This document shows, piece after piece, positions 57,701 through 64,000 of a DNA stretch of 64,000 nucleotides. Source of the DNA: Hyaloraphidium curvatum SAG 235-1 (lineage: Eukaryota; Fungi; Monoblepharomycota); the NCBI GenBank assembly GCA_025558095.1, contig JAIVFI010000026.1, positions 186,001-250,000 of the forward strand, in the 5' to 3' direction. A model generated the notes under the pieces. The model saw nothing but the letters and a program-made list of their open reading frames with translations. It was not told where the DNA came from and did not search any database. Made by a program: the position numbers and the translations under genes. The number at the start of each line of letters is the position of its first letter. Position 1 is the first letter of the stretch.

Positions 57701-58477
57701 GAACAAGGGGCACATGGGCGAAGTGGGTGCGGTGGACGGCGTGTGCTCTGTGGGGGGCTCACGGTGTCTCCGTTACGCTCACAGGAACCAGCGACGGACG
57801 ACGTCCAGACCCTCCTCAACGAGTCGCTGGACTACCTCACCACGGACCTCGTCGGCTTCGCCACCGACGGCGCTGCCCCCGTCACGCTCGGCTCGGACCT
57901 GGTGCAGGTCATCCACATGGTCACGGAGGAGCAGGTCCGCGCGTCGTCGGCGGCCGAGGCTTGCGAGACCGAGATCGGCATGAGCCGCGCGGAACTCGCG
58001 GGACTGTGGACCGGCGCCGACTCCGAGGGCGGGGCCGAGAGCGACTACACGCTGCACGCTGTGTTCATGCACCGAGGTGGGTGACTCACGAGCTCCCGGT
58101 GTTGCCCTTTGCTGACGTCCTTTCCAGGCCAAGCGTCCTACGGGCACTACTGGATCTACATCCGAGACCACCCGACGGACCAGTGGTACAAGTTCAACGA
58201 CTCGTCCGTGACCGCAATCTCTCCCTCGACCGTCTTCGGTAGCTCCGAGGACGACCCGACAGCGAACGCCTACTGCCTCGTGTACGTCCGGACGGGGGAG
58301 ATCTCGAGGCTGGTCAACGTCAGGGCGAGGGAGGAGGCGACAAAACAGGAGTACCGAGCGATGCTGGGGATCGAAGCGCCGGACCTGGGGATGGCCGAGG
58401 CTCCGGCTGCGGGAGAGGGGCTGCCGGCCGGGGATGTCGCCGCGATGGCGGCCGAGTGGTCAAACGTGCTCGACTGA
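54770..58477 (+). CDS. UBP2: Ubiquitin carboxyl-terminal hydrolase (USP/C19), Ubp2-like, multi-exon
   Basis: Cys box PAGLVNIAQTCYLNSLLQY, GQQQDLTEC, QRVQYDR, His box [29 protein letters not shown]. Confidence 0.88.
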
Positions 58478-58536
58478 TGATACACATTGGCGCCGCCGCC
58501 ATACACGAAACTTTATACTGTCGCCGCGTTGTTGGA

Positions 58537-58854
58537 TCACCAGTTCTGGGGCCGTGTGTGCGGGGGGTCAATGCACCGGTCGCGGGAATGCCGAGGCCGA
58601 CCCACCGCAGACCTTATCACTTGGCCGATTTGCTCGAGCGTCATGTCCCCCGATGTGTCGTCAAGGAAGTTAAAGGGGTCGAACCTCCCCACCTCCTCGG
58701 AAAACCGTTCCGACAGGGCCAACTTGAACGCCTCCCAATCCCCGGCGTTCACCGAGGAGGAAGGGTGACAGACGTCCCTGATTTTGGTGCCGCGGTTGCA
58801 GGGCTTGCCCGTGAAGGCGGTCGAGACCTCGACGACAATGTCCTCGTACGCCAT
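58537..58854 (-). CDS. Small hypothetical protein (weakly acyl-carrier-like helical pattern)
   Basis: MAYEDIVVEVSTAFTGKPC...MTLEQIGQVIRSAV; natural composition. Confidence 0.4.
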   Translation of the reverse strand: MAYEDIVVEVSTAFTGKPCNRGTKIRDVCHPSSSVNAGDWEAFKLALSERFSEEVGRFDPFNFLDDTSGDMTLEQIGQVIRSAVGRPRHSRDRCIDPPHTRPQNW

Positions 58855-59476
58855 TTGAGCGGAGACTGCCGGTCGCTGGAGGCGAGTACGCGGGACGGGA
58901 GGGGCGGAAGGTGGCGCGGAAGGCAACTCGGAGTCAGATTCGCGGCGGGGATAGCGGGGCAATACGGGGACCTTTGCTTCAGGAACGATTCTCTTCGACT
59001 CCGAATGAAGTCACGGCGGCGCGATTACGAAGCGGGATGGAGTTCAGAACGACCCGTCAACGTCACGACGACACATAAATCCGTCATTCGCCAGTCGAAA
59101 AATCGTGCCCAACGACTGCCTCGGAATTCCTCTGCCCGATGAGTGAATCAAAGAGCCTCCTGTCCGCCAAAGGACGCGGAGGACACCGACCACCGACGAG
59201 GTGACTCAATCGACCCCAAGATCCCCAAGTCCAGACCTCACGAATCGCGCCGCCCTGCCACTGCATCTCCATCCTTCGCCGCGCCCGAGCCCGCCTCGTC
59301 GAGCAGCACCTCGGGAGCTTCGTTTTCAACTTGAGTAGGACCCCGTCGTCGGTACGGCCCCGGCAGCCGCACAGGCTCTTGGGGCGTCCGACTAAGTGCG
59401 CCGCCCGCCCGCCCCGCGACCCCCACCCCACCTGCCCTGCAGAACAGAAATGATCGGATGACTCAGAGATGCGATC

Positions 59477-59767
59477 ATGGAGGCGGCGAGGGAGGTCACC
59501 GGGAACAGTTGCAGCCCCAACGACCCCGTCGCGGGGATAGACGCGACCGCCTTCGTCGCGAAGGCCGCGGAATTCGTCCACAAGCAGTCCCACAACTCCG
59601 GCGATGCTATCGAAGAGCACGCCGAGGAACTTGCCCAAGAGATCAATGTCGGAAGGTACAGGCGTTTCGGGGACTTCATCGTGGGCGTCGAGGCGAAGGT
59701 GCGTCGACGGCCCCCTCCACGGTCGCATGCGCTGATGCGGAACCTCAGGGCTGGTAGATGTTGCTGA
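59477..59767 (+). CDS. Small hypothetical protein exon
   Basis: (DAI)MEAAREVTGNSCSPNDPV...RRFGDFIVGVEAK; boundaries uncertain. Confidence 0.4.
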   Translation: MEAAREVTGNSCSPNDPVAGIDATAFVAKAAEFVHKQSHNSGDAIEEHAEELAQEINVGRYRRFGDFIVGVEAKVRRRPPPRSHALMRNLRAGRCC

Positions 59768-59975
59768 GCAAACTTCAATACAGTTTTCGTCAGAAGAGTG
59801 GGCCGGGCCTCCTGTCGTCGCGGCCGGTCTACCAGTTTCGACCTCCGAGAAAGAGTCCTGGGCTGGCAGATGAAGGTATCAGAGTCCATCCGAGTAGTTC
59901 ATGTGATTGAAGAACCGGGCTGCTTCCTGAGGAAGACACGCGTTGGGTGTAAGGAGCAAAGGCCGTTGCCGCACG

Positions 59976-60789
59976 ATGTCTCCCGACGGCGGCCCGCCGC
60001 CCGTTCTCGGGCCCAAATCCCTGTCGAAACCATGCCTCGACGTTGGCTTCTTCAACAATTCCATCTCGGCCCTCGCCTTCTGGAGCGAGTGCATGGGCCT
60101 CGGGGACCCAGAACCGCCGGTCAGGTTCAACGGCAACCTGACCCAACACCGCTTCGCGCTCGGCGATTCGGTCGTCAAAATCAACGAGGTGGAAGGCGGC
60201 GCGGAGGTTGGCGTGCCTTCCGGGTACTCGGAGCTGTACGTGGCGGACCCCGCGGCGAAGGAGCCGGAACGCGTCCGGGATCCGGACGGCAACGAGGTCG
60301 TTCGCGTGCCCGTTGGGCACCTGGGGATCACTGGGATCGGGGTAAAGGTGCGGGTACGCAGCAGGAAGGATCACGAGAGGTTCTACGGCGAGATCATGGG
60401 GCTGGAACGCGTGGGAGACGGTTGCTTCGCGGCCGGGACGAGCCGGATCTTCCTCGAAGAAGACCCCGGTGCCGAGCGAGCTGGACACTGGATCAACGCC
60501 GGATTCAGGTGAGGATTTCCTTTGGATCCATGTCTGCGCCGCGCGGGGATTCCTTCTTCACTGACTGGACCGCGCGTCAAGGTATGTCACCCTTCATGTC
60601 AAGCGAGTCGACGCGTCGTTCGAGGAGATGGTCGCCCGGGGCGCCGAGGTCGGCGAGCGGCCGTACTCTATCGGCAAGGTGGCGCGGATCTCCTTCATCA
60701 GGGATCCGGATGGGAACTGGATCGAGGTGGCCCAGCGGGCGAGCTTGGCGGGACCTTGGTGGACCGAGGAAGGAGAGGATGGGAACTAG
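59976..60789 (+). CDS. VOC/glyoxalase-family protein with two VOC halves
   Basis: KPCLDVG, RDPDGNEV, FYGEIMGL, ARISFIRDPDGNWIEVAQRASL; intron ~60509-60581. Confidence 0.88.
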
Positions 60790-61278
60790 GTATTGAAGGG
60801 CCGTCAACGCAGCTACATCGTCATGTTCTTTAAGTGGCATCGAATCCTAGTTCGTTCACTGGGGAAGTTGTCACTCGTGAGCAGCGCGCGGCCGTGGCGA
60901 GCGGGCAGGAAATCGTTCTCTGCACGACCCGTTGGCGTGCGCAGCTGCGACAGGCAAGTCGCCAGCACAAGGCTACTCGAGGTCCGGAGGGGAAGGGGAA
61001 CACTTTGGCGAGAGGGCGAGCCGGAAGTGAGGCAGCGACCCAAAATCACGCACCGCCAGGCAATAGTCGACCCCGTTTTCGCACTCGTTGCAGTGAGCGT
61101 GCTCATCGCCCAGGTCGACCTCCCGTCACATGCCTCCAGATGGGTAGTTGGCTTTCGTCCTTGGCATGAAGTGGCCCGCGGGGCAGAGTCCGTGGGTAGG
61201 AAAGCGCCGCTCAAGAACGAAAGGCGACCGCGGTCACCCGCTCCTCTGAAATCTCTCAACGAACCGAGGTCTGCCGAG

Positions 61279-62483
61279 ATGGACGCGGCATCTGCCGCCC
61301 CGCCCTTCCGATGGCCTCCTCCCACCTCGAGTTGGACGTGGGTCGAGCGCCTGCTCGTCCCCGCGGGCCGCTATCTGGCCGCCGTCACGCGCAACCGGCT
61401 CAAAGTCCTCCGCGCAATGTCGGCCCTCTCGGTCACGCCGGTGCCGCGGGGAACGCGGATCGTGCCCTTTTCGATCCCGCGGAAGCCGCTCGATGGGAAG
61501 CGGAGCATAGCGGCGGTCGGAGGCATCGACCCGGCGGACCTGGTGGGGCCCAAGCGGCCACCAGGCGATGTGACGGGCGAATGGATCATCCACCCCGATG
61601 CTGGCCACGGCTCGAAGCCCGCCGACGATCCCCACGGCCCGCCCGTCACGCTGTTTATTCACGGCGGAGGCTACGTCATGTCTTCGGCGGCCGAGTACCG
61701 GATGTTGACTTGGAGGCTATCCGCGTTTGCGCGCGTGCGGGTGCTTGCTTTGGACTATCCTTTGGCGCCCGAATACCCCTTTCCCGCCGCTTTGGAAGAC
61801 GCAGTGAACGCGTACCTCCATCTTTCTTCCGCGCACGGGCCGGTCGCGCTCTGCGGGGACAGCGCCGGCGCCGGCCTGGCCACAGCTCTAGCGCTCTACC
61901 TCGCCGGCCTCGCCGACCCCTCCATCCCCTCCCCGAGCGCCCTTGTCCTGCTTTCCCCGTGGACAGACCTCACCCATTCCATGCCCTCCTTCCGGACCAA
62001 CGCGCTCTTGGATTGGCTACCCGGCGACTCCAAAGACCCCGCGCTCGGCCCAGACGGGGGCCACTACTACACCGCGGGCCTGCCGGCGCGGGTGGACCTG
62101 CACCCGTACGTTTCCCCTCTATTCGCCGACCCCGCGAAGATCCGCATGCCGTGCAGGTCGGCACGGCCGAGCGGCTGCGCGACGAAGGCCTCGCGTTCGC
62201 GCTGCGGACGGGTGCGAGGTGCGAGGTGTATGACGGAAAGGTGCACGGATGGCAGTGTGGAGCGCCGTACGGGGACGTGGGTGCCGAGAGGGCGGTGGAG
62301 AACATCGCGTTGTTCCTGGGCAAGGCGGTGCGGGAAGGGTTGCAACCGGAGGAGCGGACGGGGTTCAGCTTCTGGTCGGGCGCGGAGTTTCGAACCGTGC
62401 GGCACCTCTCGCGAACCGAGATCGAGGAGGCGCTGGAGCACGCGAAGGAGGAGGCAGGAATGCTCGGGAACGTCGCCCAATGA
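61279..62483 (+). CDS. Alpha/beta hydrolase (HSL-like esterase), frameshift near 62150
   Basis: FIHGGGY, DYPLAPEYPFPAALED, GDSAG, LLSPW; VQVGTAERLRDE and VHGW lie in another frame. Confidence 0.8.
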
Positions 62484-62513
62484 AGACCACGCGCTTGCAC
62501 ACATCCGCATCCC

Positions 62514-64000
62514 TCAAAGCTTCGGCTTCTCCCCCAGTCTGAACCAGTTCCTTCCCCCGTCCTTCCCGCCGTCGTTCCACGCCCACCCCTCCATCCCGAT
62601 CGGCTCCACCTCCCCCCCCGTCAGCACCCCCACCGTTCCCGCATCCTTGCCGTCCACGCATGCGAGGAACCTCTTCCCGTCCAGCCGCCCGATCACCCAG
62701 CCGCGTTCCGGGGCGCCGGAGCGGGAGTACTCGACGGTGTAGGTCTCGATGGTTGCGCGGGTGGGGGCGCGAGGCACGCTTTCGAGGAGGGGTGGGGGAG
62801 CGGTGGGAGGGGGGTATTGGTAGGGGATGGGGTTGGACGAGGGGTACGGGCGGCGCGGGGTTTCGGTGGAGAAGAGGACGACGTGGTGCTTGGTGAGGAA
62901 CTGTGAGGTCCATGAAAGACAGGGTCGATGGCGGATCAGTTGGCGCCATCGGAGTTCCCGCCCATGATGCCCCACCTCGCCGTTCCCGTGCACGAGCCCG
63001 ACCTTCCCCCTACCTTCCCGCAGCGCCCGCACCACCGCCACCGCCCCGTGCCCCGAGTAGTTGATCCCCCCGAAGAACGTGTTTCCCCCGCACAGGCTCA
63101 GCGGTCTGTCCGTCCCTCTGGGATCGATCCCCAGGTGGCGCGCCGAGATCTTGACCATGATCGGGAAGCACGAATACAGGTCGATCAGGTCGATGTCCTT
63201 GGTCCCCGACAGCCCGGCGGCGGCGACGGCGGCCTCGAAGGAGGCCTCCATGGCGAAGGAGCGGGAGTATGAGGAGCGCGCGAGGATGTCCGTGGAGTCG
63301 GAGGCGCCGGCGCCGCCGAGGACGTGCACCATCTTGGAGGCGGGTATGCCGAGGCGTTTCGCGGCGGAGGCCGAGGCGATGACGACGGCGAAGGATTGGT
63401 TGCAGGGGAGGATGGCGTTCATGAGCAGTGGGTCTGTTTTGGACGCGATCAGCGAGCAGCGCGGCGCACGGAGGTCGGCGACCGACATGGGTAGCAGATC
63501 ATGCGGTTGCTTGGCGAGATGGTCGAGATTTCGTCCGCGGTCTTGGCCCCGTCGCCATAGAACCACGCGCCCTCGTTGGTCTGCGCGATTTTGCTCAGCT
63601 CCGCGTACTGCACGTGCGATCCAGTCAGCCACTCAAGCCGCCTCGATCCCGCGACAAAGCAACCCACTATCTCGGCCGACTCCCTGTCGGCCTCCTTCTG
63701 CGTCTTGCCCTGCGCCGCACGCAGCGCCAGCTCGAACATCGGATAGATCTGCACCGGCTTGTCGAGCCCGTGGCGCTCGCACAGGTCCGACGCCATGCTG
63801 TACTTCCGCTCGCGGGAAGACCCGAGCGCCGTGCGCGCGGGGGCTGTCCACCCCGCCGGCGCGGTTCCGTTCTGCGCGGCCCACGCGTTGAGCGAGTACC
63901 ACGCCTCGCCGCCGGCGACAACTGCCACGTGCGACTCGCCGCGGGCGACGCGCCGCGCGGCCTCGTCGAGGTACCTCATCGGCGTGTTGCCGCCGATGTC
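62514..64000 (-). CDS. Thiolase-like acetyl-CoA acetyltransferase with C-terminal add-on domain (5' partial, multi-exon)
   Basis: GGNTP, VVAGGEA, PVQIYPMFE, NRMICYP, DLYSCFP, LSLCGG..FFGG.NYS.H, LTKH, ATIETYTVEY. Confidence 0.88.

Noticed and set aside
1-64000. Prokaryotic origin or operons, suggested by high GC and bacterial-like enzymes
   Set aside because: Abundant spliceosomal introns and eukaryote-specific genes (EB1, USP, F-box, RING, MYND) are interleaved throughout.
1-64000. CRISPR arrays, tRNA or rRNA genes
   Set aside because: No regularly spaced repeats or recognisable structural RNA seen by eye; tRNAscan-SE/Infernal would be needed to exclude small RNAs.

Overview
GC-rich, gene-dense eukaryotic DNA with many short (~40-65 bp) GT-AG introns carrying CTGAC/CTAAC-like branch points. 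Bim1/EB1, a Ubp2-like USP and a Crh-like GH16 point to a fungus; an early-diverging chytrid/monoblepharid-type lineage is my inference. I recognise about 35 genes or pseudogenes and no rRNA, tRNA, CRISPR array or recognisable transposase. The most striking structure is an inverted pair of ~1,200-aa secreted or surface proteins at 1500-5605(-) and 11372-15351(+). Each has a Cys/Thr N-module, three proprotein-convertase P-domain-like modules each on its own phase-0 exon, and a bacterial-type 'LYGT/GloVer' beta-propeller. The two share conserved frameworks, hypervariable loops and an upstream TGAC-repeat motif, and they enclose a fucosyltransferase-like gene. A second candidate system at 31.2-37.3 kb is three TKL-type kinases that share one intron but carry different N-terminal modules (ankyrin; Cys-rich + RCC1 + TM; short TM). 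The rest comprises MYND-finger and F-box expansions (several disabled), bacterial-like metabolic enzymes, a GH110-like beta-helix, an ILEI-domain protein and a tandem 4-TM pair. All domain calls come from reading motifs by eye, not from database searches.
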